A stretch of 55,529 bases of DNA, the filler included, from Basidioascus undulatus (Eukaryota), in the NCBI GenBank assembly GCA_000826855.1. It is 3 parts of 3 records of this genome, joined end to end, with 100 filler letters (N's around TTAATTAATTAA, not from the genome) between each part and the next. Parts side by side here need not be neighbours in the genome. Positions count along the whole stretch, not along the records: positions 37,110 to 55,529 come from JTLS01000464.1; 2 more parts are not named here. The stretch is one strand, 5' to 3'. Below the pieces are notes generated by a model that saw nothing but the letters and a program-made list of their open reading frames with translations, did no database searches and was not told the DNA's origin. Positions 38,936 through 50,087 of the stretch are shown here, piece after piece (the first letter of the stretch is position 1; every line of letters starts with the position of its first letter). Made by a program: the position numbers and the translations under genes.

Positions 38936-40644
38936 GCGCGGATGTGGAGGGCGTGAAGGGCTGCGCGGGCGGGGACAGCCCGCCGCCTGCGAACCCGACC
39001 GGTCGGAGAGCGAGGAACTCCTCCGGGGCCTCGTCCTGCGCGGGCGCCCCATTCCCCTTGACCTGACCCTCGACCTTGTCTTCCTCGTTCCCCTTTTCCT
39101 CGAGCTCCGCCTCCTTCCTCCTCCCCTCCCTCCTCTCCGCCTCTCCGCGCCTCCTTCCCTCCCTCTCCGCAATCTCATCCAAGTCCCTCCTCGCGCGGCC
39201 CTCAGCAGCGAGCACCCCAGGCGTCGCAACCTCCTCATCAACCCTCTGCAGCGCCTCGCGGACCTTCCTCTCCGCCGCCTCCACAAACAGGACGCCTAAA
39301 TCGTCGCCCGCCTGCGCGCGCTTCTCGTCCTCGAGCGCCCCGAGGTCGCGCGCGAGGGCGCCGCGGACGTGCGCAGGCGAAGCGAGCATGAAGCGCGCGA
39401 AGGTCGTCACGTCGGGGGCGAAGTGGAAGGGCGCCTGGTGCGGCAGCAGGGCGTCGGACGGCCAGGTCGGCGAGGGAGGCAGCGCGAGCGTCGTGGTTTG
39501 CGGGCGCCGGATGAGCGTCATCTCGAGCTTGCCTGCGGAAGCGGGGGAGGTGGAAGGTCGGGAAGGAGGAGAGAGCCACGAGACGGGCTTGAGTTGACGC
39601 TCGTAGATCGAGTCGCCGCAGACGGGGCACTTGGCGAACTTGGGGTTCTCGCCGATTTGCAGATAGTGCCTGCCGGTGCGGATCCCGGATCAGCAACCAT
39701 GCTGGAATGATGGGGACGGGAGGAGAGGGACGCACAGGATGCACGGGTAGCAGTAGATGTGCCCGCACTTGGTCATGCGCGGCGCGACGTGCTCGGACAG
39801 GCAGATCGCGCACGTCGGGTGGTCGGCGTGCGCGGACGACGTGGAGGGGCTGCACGGCGGCGGGAGCGCCATTATCGCGGACTCGCGGGGGACGACGACT
39901 TGGAGGATGTCTGGAGGTCGAATTGGGTCAGCTTGCTAGCTCAAGCGTTGAGTAAGCTGCTGAGATTGTGCGCACCGTTCCACTGAAAATGTATGTCGGG
40001 GTCGGCAAAGTGCACGGTGTAGTCGCCAGTCGGCGCCATGAGGAAGCGGTACTGCGCGTTGATGTACTCTGTGCATCCATCCGATAAGCCTCTTATCCGG
40101 ATGGTTCTGGTGCAAAAGGAGCTAAGGACGCACTGTCTTTGCTCCACTGCAGCGGCTGCGCAGGGCGGCGCCCACCTCGGCGGACGGGGATGTGTGTGGG
40201 TGGAGGGCGGACTCGGGGAGGGAGGTGGAAGTTGAGGAGCTGGAAGTGAGTAAATGACAGTCAGTACACGCCTGAACAGTGCATTGTTCAGTTCGGGAAC
40301 CAGGTCCCAAACTGCGTCTTCCTCGCGAGCCCGACCCCACCGTCCCTATCTTCCCCAGCCCCCTCCAGGGTGCTCATCTTCCTCTGACCGCACCGCATCC
40401 TCCCTCCCAGCTTCAACCCAACCCCCACCCTATCTCCATCCCAGCTCCGCGCACTCACATCATTAACGTTAATCTCATTACTCTTTCCTCCTCCCCTCCC
40501 GCCGCCACCCCCTCCATTCCCAGGCGCGACGATCGCGTGGCTCGGACCTCCAGGCGGCATTTCCTTGTCCTTGTCCTTGTCCTTGTCCTTGTTCTGGTGA
40601 GCAGTGGATACGGGAACGGGTTGCTTGCGGCTCGTCCGGCCCAT
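38913..40644 (-). CDS. MAG2: RING-finger E3 ligase Mag2/RNF10-like, 3'-truncated
   Basis: LLNFHLPPR, YINAQYRF...DPDIHFQW, C3HC4 RING CAICL..PRMTKCGHIYCYPCILHYL...KCPVC, LKPVSW and FARFMLA. The conserved C-terminal FYQ block is not present. Confidence 0.85.
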
Positions 40645-41469
40645 CGGGTGGCGTGCGTGACTCGGTGCGGCGGGCGGTTCCGGGTTACAGTCGGCGGCCG
40701 TGGTGACTGAAGGGGAAGATGGGTTGGTGAAGGGCGATATTGGGTGCGTTGAAGCGCTGCGACCCCCTCCTCGTTGGGCGGGCCGGGCGAAAGTGCAAGG
40801 TCAAGACTGGAAGGGCAAGCTGCGAGCGGTGACCTCAACTTGCCTCAAACGGACCAAGCGCTGACTCAGCGATCGGCGGTATTCACCTCAATAATTCTCT
40901 GGTTTCGACTGTAGTTGTTGACGAGGATTTGTGAAATCTCTGTGTAAATGTGGAATCCACAGCCCTTCCGATGCGAAGTATCTGTTGGGTCGACGCCGAG
41001 TCCACCGTCGCTGCCGACAAGTCAGCCCCCGACGACGACGGCGCGCGTCCCACCGCCCAGCGCTCGCGTCTCTTCATTTGCTCCTGTACTTTCAGCACGT
41101 GCATCCCAATGCATCCTAGCGTCTCCCGCACGCTTCGCACCCCGCTCGATCGATTGAAGAAAGCACGGCTGTGACTGTGGCTCAACAAGTAATGTATGTG
41201 TCGACGAGGGCGATATGGCCGTTCATACGGCGGACGTTGCCAGCTCTCGCTGCGTTCGCACCCGCCTCGTCTAATGCACCAAAATGTGCAGCTGGTTCTG
41301 AAAGAAAAGCAAGGCAGGGGAACTTCCGTAGTGATAGAAAGGGTATCATGCCATCTAACGCGGTATCTTCTACCTCCTCCCACCCGCTCGCACTCCTTAC
41401 GCGCCAACCTCACCAAACCGCAATCCCCTCCCTCCCCTTTCTCAAGCCCTCCTCCTCTACATCCGCCCC

Positions 41470-41903
41470 TCAAAGCGCACCCGGCAGCGCCTCCCCCACC
41501 GGCGACACAACCAGCCCCGTCGTCTCGTCCGCCGATGCGGCAGCCTTCGCGGCGGCAGCCTTCGCGGCCGCCTCAGCCTGCTTCTTGCGCGCGAGCGTGC
41601 GCTGCGCTTTCTTGATCATCTTGTAGAACCTGGTTCGCACACGACAATTAGCGATTGCACGTCCCAGGGGGAGGGGAGAAGGCATGGGGGAGTGGGGACG
41701 TGCGAGGGGAAGTGGGGTGCGTGGGGGAATGGGAAGTGTGGAAGGGGGAAGTGCGAGGGGACGGAGAGAGAGGCGAGGAAGATGACCCACCACATGTAGT
41801 TCAGCAAGCACAGCGCCAAGTTGCCCGCCTCGTATGTCCGCCGGAGCCACCACGGGATCGCCTCGCGGTGGAGGTGCATGAGGCGGAAGAAGTCGATGGA
41901 CTG
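41470..41903 (-). CDS. C-terminal exons of a TLC-domain (TMEM56/Tda4-like) membrane protein, 5' part missing
   Basis: SIDFFRLM...YEAGNLALCLLNYMW|FYKMIKK, a typical TLC C-terminal LN.xWF.Km pattern. Confidence 0.6.
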
Positions 41904-41959
41904 TCGGGGGCGTGTGCGGGCGGATCAGGGGCGGAGGGAAGGGGAGAAGGTAGAATGGG

Positions 41960-42761
41960 GGCGAGGAGCAGGAGCAGGAGCAGGACAGGGAGACGGCGGA
42001 GAAGAAGCGGATCACTGCGCTCCGGAAGGCGAAGAAGCAGCGGAAAGCGGCCTTGCGCGTAGCCGAGGAGGTGTGTTCCCCTTCCCTCCTTCCCCCCTAC
42101 CCCTCACACCCCACCCGCTCACCAACCACATCCCATCCCTCCTTCCTCCCCATATAGAAACGCGCTCGCGCCGCGAAGCTCGCCCAAAAAGCGCAGCGGC
42201 ACGCGATCCACACCCTCCCGTCCCTGGCCAAGTCCATCGCGGCCAAGCAGTCGGCGAGCAAGGCCGCGGCCGACGCGCGCGACGCGAAGCACCTCGAGGC
42301 GCTCGCGAAGCAGGGGCTCAAGGGCAAGCGCGTAGGGAGGCATATCGTTCCTGAGGGGGAGGTCGCGGTGCAGCTCGGGGACGAGCTCAGCGAGGGGCTG
42401 CGGGGGCTCAAGGTGCGCTTCGTTTCCGCCTGGACATGTCTGAAGCAATGTTGTTGATCTTCGGCGAATGGCGGATGCACAGCCCGAGGGAAACCTCTTC
42501 CGCGATCGCTTCTTGTCGATGCAGCAGCGCGCGCTCGTCGAGCCGCGCGTACCGGTGCAGTGCGTCTTCTTCCCCCCTCCCCTCCCCCTTCCCCTCTCCT
42601 CTCGCTCCCTTCTTCGCCTCGCCACTTTTTTCCGCCGCCAAAACGACTGACTGGTACCCCCTTCGCACGTCTCCAGGCCCACCCACCGCAAGAAGGTCAA
42701 GATGTACGAGCGGCACGCGTACAAGCAGTGGGAGGCGAAGAACCCCGTCAAGCTCCAGTAG
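41960..42761 (+). CDS. NOP53: Ribosome biogenesis protein Nop53, C-terminal part only
   Basis: KRVGEHIVPEGEVAVQLGDELSEGLRGLK|PEGNLFRDRFLSMQQRALVEPRVPV and KVKMYERHAYK. Stop at 42759-42761. Confidence 0.88.
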
Positions 42762-43373
42762 ACAGGCGGGCGGTGGTCCTACTTCTTCTATCTGCTTGCA
42801 TCGTCTTGGGCGTTGTTTTCCATGCTCAGTTCCTGGTTCGCTGCATGCATTGTATACCGCCTTCATGACACTCGCTTGTATGTGTGTGCCTTCCGACTCT
42901 CATTAGGACCGGCCTGCACCATTCTTACTAGTAGCCATGAGCGACTCGCTTCGAGGGGATGCATCGGCCATTTCTATCCAATATTGATAAAGCGTTGCAA
43001 GGAGACGCTTCAAGCAACTACAATAAGCCAAAGAGCGGTGCTACACGCTATAGCCAAGGCTACAAGCGATCGTGTGAGGCGTGGGCTTGTGCCGTTTCAG
43101 CCGAGCCTTAGGGTCGATCTCGGCGTTCTAGGTACGGCTCCCATTTCTTAGCAAGCCCAAACGTTCAGGCACACTTAAAAAATTATAGGCTAATGAACCA
43201 TACCAATACAAACGCAAAAGAGAGCGTCCAGCCCATTGCACTGAAAGTGCCCGCCTGCCGCGCGTCTCCTCCGACTCGAGTCTTGGGGGAACGCCAGCCT
43301 GCTCGACCGCCGAGCGCTCGTCCGCTGCTCTTGCACTGGTATAGGAGACCCAGACAAGGGTTAGAAAATACCT

Positions 43374-46300
43374 ATGACGTCATGCAGCGTTCTCGGCGAG
43401 CAGAACGGCTTTAGGTATTTGGGAGAGTGGACGACGGCTGGGAGCAAGGCTGGACATCTCGCACTCGCGCACTCGCTGCGTCTTCTGAACGCTCTTTACT
43501 GCTTTCGTCTTCCCTGTCTTTGGTAGCTCGAGGCTTGCAGACATGCCGGTGAGTACTCAGGGGACCGCAGGATGAGCAAGTTGCTGAAGCTTGGGGCACG
43601 CAGTCGCGGTACTCATCCCACTCCGCATCCTCGCCCCGGGCGACCCTCCTTTCACCCAGTTCGACGGGGGACACTTATACTTACGGTCAAGCATCCATAT
43701 CCGAAAAGGTACACCCATACTTCCAGCTCACTCATTTTCTTGGCTCCTGATACCCGGAACAATCTCCTGTGCGCGCAGTGCTCCATGTCGCCAGACCCGA
43801 TGGCGTGGGGCGGTGGGTGGGCAGATCCAGAACCGGACGATTATCTGCGTGGGTCGCTCTGCTATTGTACAGAAGTCTTGGGGTAAATTGGTGGTTCTGA
43901 ATCATACAGATAATCCCGACCCCCGACGAGATCGCAAGACTGACGGGGGCGGCACGATCTTCACCGCTCGAGGGTTCATGAACGTCGGGTGCCTGACCAT
44001 CCTTGTTTTGGCGCTCCTTATGCTCTTGTGCGTCTGATTTACTCCTTCATATGCTAAATTCCTCAATCAAATTGACTGAAATTCTGTGAAATAGTGCTGG
44101 ATACCCCCTGATGACCGCCGTACAACGAGTGAGCCGCCGCACCGTTTGCGACCGCCCCCGCTCGTAACACTGAAGCCCCTGCGTCCCCAGACACAACAAA
44201 GCACATCGGGCGCTTACAACCTAGGCGGGATCAACGGGTCCGGCCAAGTTCCCGACATGCCTATGCATTTTGGGCTGATCGACTCTGATACGCCCCAAGA
44301 AGGTCAGTTTGAGTTTGGGGACTGTCGGATCGCTAGGGCAAGCAGGCTGACACTGCATTGCCAGCGTGGACATGGACCAGCTTCACCGGCGAGGCCTATG
44401 AGCTTGTCTTCTCGGGTGCGCATCGCTGTCGTGCTACTGGGGAAAGGAGCTAACGATCTGGTGGTCCCGCAGACGAGTTCAATCTGGATGGGAGGACTTT
44501 CTGGCCGGGTGAGTTGCGTTGATCTGCCGGCGTTGCTTTCGGCGCTCACGGTGGTGTGGGTGCCGCAGGTGACGATCCCTACTGGGAGGCAGTCGACTTG
44601 CACTACTGGTAAGACCTTGAAGGTGAAAAACGGGTTATGGGGCATATAATGGCTGAAACTACAGGGGTAAGGGGCACCAACAACCTCGAGGTGCGTCTAC
44701 CAGAACAAGGCGAGTGAGCGCGATGCGTAAGCTGACGCGTGCGCCGCTCTGCGCAGTGGTACTCTCCACGACAAGGTACGAACTGTTTTGTGTCATGGCC
44801 TAATTGCATAATTTTGACACCGTTTGTCTTGCAGTTACTACCCGCAACGGCAACCTCGAGATCACCTTGGACGACATCACGTCGCACAACTTGGTACGTT
44901 TCTCATCGTCTAAGATAAGCAATGTACACTGGCTTCAGACGCATGACACAGAACTACGAGGGTGGCATGATCTCCACCTGGAACAAGTTCTGCTTTACCG
45001 GCGGCTACATGAGCGCCAGCATTTCGCTGCCGGGCTCTTCCGGTAGATGCTTCACTCTTTCGCCTCGCTTGCTCGGCTCACACGAACATTATGCAGACGT
45101 TTATGGCTTGTGGCCGGCCTGGTGGAGCATGTGAGCCTTACACCACCTCTTTATATGTGTTCATGCGACACTGACGCTGGTCCGCTCTTCAGGGGTAACC
45201 TGTGGGTGATGGATGGTCTGTTTCCCTTATACGCCGCTCACTCTCGCCTCCCTACTCTCGCCTCCCTACAGCGGCCGAGCTGGTTACGGCGGAAGGTGTG
45301 TCTTTTAATATTCAATTTTATACTGCATGGAGTTGATGTTCAATTGCTACGCAGCCTTGATGGAAGTGCGTAAAGTCTTTCCCCGTGCTGGGAAAAAAGC
45401 TCAGCTGATCTCATGCCTGCGTCGTGATCATAGTGTGGCCGTGAGCTTTTCACTGCCTATAACGATGGATCCAAATCGTTCAATAAGCGTTTGAACTCCA
45501 GCTACTCCTACGACTCGTGCGACGTCGGCGTACGTTCGCCGCTCTCCACCGCTCTGCTTGCCTTCCAGTAGGACTCACCCGTCCAGGGATGGATTTCCTA
45601 GACTCTGGCCAACCAGTCCCTGAACAGCCTCCCACGGACTGCGTTTACCCGAGGTGACGAGAACTGGGATGGCACGCTCAGCTTCTTGCCCGGTCAGCGC
45701 CTGTCGCGCTGCACCTGCCCAGGAGAGCCTCATCCTGGTAAGCCGCTTCCTCTTGGCGTCCTTCTGGAGTCTTTATATTATCCACGTGTTTGAAACAGGG
45801 CCGAGGGACTCGAACGGCGAATGGGTTGGACGTGCGGCGCCAGAAATTGAGTGAGTCCTGCGTGGTCCTCCTGTAACTGTGGAACCTCTCGCTGGACTTC
45901 ACGGCTACACAGTGTCATTGAAGCGCAAGTCGACGCCACCACTCGTATTGGACACGTCAGCATGTCCTCCCAGGCGCGTGTCTAACTAGTTTGTTGTAGG
46001 TGCTCCCATGATATGCTGATCGACGCGTACTTTACAGTGGGCGCCTTTCGACGCAGACTACCAATGGTATAACACCAGCGAAACCTACACAATCTACAAT
46101 CCCAACGTCGATCATTTGAATACGTACCGAGGGTGAATTTCACCCTTAAACGTCTCGAGCCATCATATGCTGAACGCAACACCTTTCTCAGCGGCGTCTA
46201 TCAGCAAGCGAGCTCTGTGGTGGTTCTGACTGACCAAGAAGCGTACGTATGCCTCCATCTGTTCAGATCATGGAGGTCTCACGGTACGGTTTTGGAGACA

Positions 46301-47545
46301 GCTACGGCGGCGTCAAATTTTCGGAATACGGGGTCGACTATAAGCCTGGAACTGACGGGTGCGTTCGACCACCCAAGCCAGCGCCGCACAATGATGCTCA
46401 CCATACCGTTTCGCAGGTATATCACCTGGAGTGTTGATCATCAAGCTCGTTGGCGCCTGGAAGGCAAGCGTTTCTCCACAGGTCCCGACCGTCCGGCTGA
46501 CCCAGGGTAAACTGCAGGCTCGGGGTTGCGGGCCAACCCCATCGTAGAAATCGGACCTCGACCGGTACCCGGGGAGCCATTGGTGAGTGGATGTTCTTAT
46601 CTGAATAGCCTGATGTGAAGCCTCATATCTCTTGAACAGTACCTGCTTCTCAACCAAGGGATCAGCGAGAACTTTGGCGTAAGTCTTGGGCCAATATAAT
46701 GCGGGCGAAGCACATCCCGATTTTTTTCTCTTTCAGGCGGTTGACTACGATAACCTGATCTTCCGTAAGTATGCGGTTCCGAATCGTGCGTGGGCTTTGG
46801 ACTCGATACTGACCTGCGAAACCGGGCTAAGCCTCGGTGATGTATGTCGACTGGTGAGTCTACCTTACGGCTGGAAAAGTATGCTTTTATATCATGGTTC
46901 TAACGCCTCCGCCTTTCCCCATAGGGTGCGGGTGTATCGTGCGTCTGCCACTACAGCAGCGGTGCAAGCTCCGTGTTGCAATGGTGCTGACCGGATACCA
47001 CGCTCACTTTGCAGAACCTGTGTAAGTCAGTAAAGTATATAGAACAGATTTTTAATGTGTTAAACATAGCTTTGCATGGTCATAGGGGAAAGAGGAACAT
47101 TGGGTGAGTTCCGATGCTGAACGTCTCACCGTCCTGCGCTGCTGACGGGCTTTGTCTTCAAGATGCGACCCGCCGGACTTTCCCACCAAGGCGTACATCG
47201 AGATGTGAGTATTGGAGCTACTACAGTTTTTTTAAGTTGCCTTTAGCTTACGGCTAGCTTTTTAGGTACCCGGAGGCGTACTCGAAGTCAGTCGTCGCCT
47301 TCTCTTCCGTCCTCCGTGTCCCCCCCACCTCCGCCTCCCCATCCCCCATCTGTCTCGCATGATTGCTAACGTTTTCATCAATCTTTTAATGGTACCGAAT
47401 TCAGCCCCAACGTGACTACATGGAGCCAGGCAAGTCCATGATTCCACTGACAAGCTCGACAGAGTACGACTGACGTTTCGGATCCTTGATTATGTAGCTC
47501 GGACAAGAGCCCATCAAGAACAGGCTGATCGACCAATGCGATTGA
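43374..47545 (+). CDS. KRE6/SKN1-like beta-1,6-glucan synthesis-associated GH16 protein, at least 34 introns
   Basis: EPDDYLHNPDP, single TM helix, LVFSDEF, GDDPYWEAVDLHYWGTNNLEWY, WNKFCFTGG, GLWPAWWSMGNLGRAGYG, WPYSYDSCDVG, LPGQRLSRCTC, GRAAPEIDVIEAQ (ExDxxE) and CDPPDFPT. Stop at 47543-47545. Start uncertain. Confidence 0.92.
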
Positions 47546-47931
47546 GAACTTTGTTGCCATTGTATCGGAGACTATTACGGATCATTATTTGTTATATTTC
47601 TGCATCTGCAACACTTAGAGCTTTTCACTCGACATGTCTGCAGGACTGTTTAGGTGACCCGCCTGGCTTCGCTGAGCTGCACACCAATCGCAGACAAGCA
47701 TCCTCAATGTTCTCGAGTATAGATGTAATGATATTGTAGCACTATATCTCTGTGTAAATAGGTTTGGGACTGGAAGTCTGACATCGAACAATGTATAGTT
47801 TGTCTCGGTCAAGCAAAACCGTTCGATGTTCACTTTATCTATGCTCACGCTGATCCTCTGGCTCATGCGACCTGCCTATTGCTTTTTGTCTGTGATACGC
47901 CATAAAAGAACCAATATGAACAGAGTCCGTA

Positions 47932-49546
47932 TCACGCTCGTCGCCAGTCGGCAATCTCCACCTCCCCGTCTGTGTACACGAAATGCCGACCGGAACCGGC
48001 TTCAGCTCTCTATGAAGGATTGTCAGTTGAGTTATCAATGATAACCTTGCGGTGAACTTACCTCATACAAATTTTCCTCGTAGTGAGTGTGAAAACCCTC
48101 TCCAGGGCAGTTTCGGATCACACCGAGTCCGGGGGGGTCGGTAAGGCGGAAGACAGCCACGCTGCAAAGAAGAGCGTATTATCAGTATAATAGTTCCCCA
48201 CACCAGCTATGTTTCAAGTCGCACTCGTCATAGAATGGAGCACATACGACGGCAACAGACTCTGGCATGCAGAGCTGGCGAAAGGCGTGGTTGTGCAGGT
48301 CGTTAGAAGAAAGGAACGCTGGTAGTAGGAAGCATGAAGTTAACTGCATAGAAAGTTTGTGATGGAGCGAGATCTTAGAAAGACGGCTCACCCGTTTGCG
48401 TCGGATGGCTATGGATCTTCGAGATAAGCTCGTCAGTTTCGGTATGGACAATGCGAGTCTGTATCACGAACCCAGCCAAGCTCGATGAGTCCCCGTTGCA
48501 CTTGAAAGGCGACAGTGGTCTCGAGCCTGGTTGCATCGCAGGAGTAAGAGTTTCCTTGGAGATTAAAGATTCTGTAAGTCCACTGAGGATTTTCACAATT
48601 CAACCGAAGTCCTACCAGTCTGCGGCAGTAGCAAGAGGTCGGTAACTTGTAGCGTCCCCTGAGTGTCCTGCGGAGAAAGCTAAGATGTTTCCCCGCAAAG
48701 GTTTGTTGGTCCCACATCCAAGCCCATAAGCAGCCCCAACGTTTCCTGGTTCGAGGCCGAGTTCTCCGCAGAGAGCATGAGAAAGCTCTCGATGAGGGTC
48801 TGCGGGCAGTGCAGTGGTCGAAGTGCATGTTCGTTCGAATGCGCCAAATGGGCTCCATGAGCATGATTTCATGAGTATAATGTGCTTGTAGAACAAACAA
48901 ACATAAAGAAAGAAGTACCGGATTTGATCGCTCCTTGAGTCTCGACTGTCTGGCTCTCCTGGTCGGCTGTTTCGACAGCGTCGATCAGCTCCAACGCCTC
49001 CGCAGTCTCCCGCTGTTCAACTGCCCGGATGGCATCCTGAACCTCTTGAGCTTCTAAGGCTTCAGGCCGGCTCTGTAGGTCCCCGGAAAGTTCACCGGCG
49101 TATGGTCAGGTTCAGCACGTGGCGTTTTCACGTCTTTGCAACTGAACCCCTACCCAGCTGCAGGGAGCAAACATAAGCTGACTTACATTACTCGTCGTGG
49201 AGTCAAGACGCTCAAGATGAGCTAGAGCCCTTTGTCCCACCTGCGTATCACAAGCTAAGGTAAGGAGCTAGCTCAGAGCAGAAAAACACGTGTACGCCAC
49301 CTGTTCAGACAGAGTTCTCAACTGCGATGAAGAGTGGGTATAGTCTGGGTCAATTGGGAGATCTTCCAAGAGGAACCTGCCCTCGTTCTGTAAATAGTTT
49401 GCACCGTTAATTAATGATTCTACGGACCTTGCGATTGCTTGCCAGCATGCCCTGGCTTCGTCGACATCTCTTCGCCCCTCGGCAGAACATGCCCGTGTGA
49501 CCAAGTCAAATATGGCGTTGAGGCCAGGTAATTCTGGGTGGTCCAT
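47932..49546 (-). CDS. AMSH/STAMBP-like JAMM (MPN+) deubiquitinase
   Basis: LIESFLMLSAENSASNQETLGLLMG, LIELGW|IHSHPTQT|AFLSSNDLHNH..QLCMPESVAVVCAP, VFRLTDPPGLGVIRNC..GFHTH and IADWR. N-terminal MIT-like FLLEDLPIDPDY. Confidence 0.85.
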
Positions 49547-50087
49547 GAAGTGGGGCTTTCGGGGGATGATGAAAGTTGGGCCAGACAAGACCAGAGCAGA
49601 CGTTCGACACAATTCGACACAAGTTCGGCGTCTGGAACAACAAGACAGCGGAGGACCAACGGGCCGGGTCAAACGCCGGTTGGAGCAGATATACCGACGA
49701 ATGGGTTTCCTTGCCATGCTCCCTCAACCGTCTCTGGCCAACGTTTGGTGCCATATCATAGATGTCAGGGGTCAACGGGAACTGCAGCTGCCGGCTGGAC
49801 TGCTTGGAACGTTGTTGCGTCCGCAACTACCTACTGCTCTTACCTAGCTTGTATTCTTAAAGTTGGTCAAGCTCTTAAAGCTTTCTCCTTCGAACTCTTG
49901 ACACGACGGATGGTCACTCGAACAATTCAATCTAACGGCCAGACGAAGAACAAATACATTAACAATGACCAGGATCGCCTTCTAGCCTAAAGTGTCCGGT
50001 GAGGCGAAATGAATATAAAGCTGATGTTGACCGAAGTGTGCTATGCTCTGAAAGTCCACTAGACAAGAAAAAAGGGAGGGAACGACA

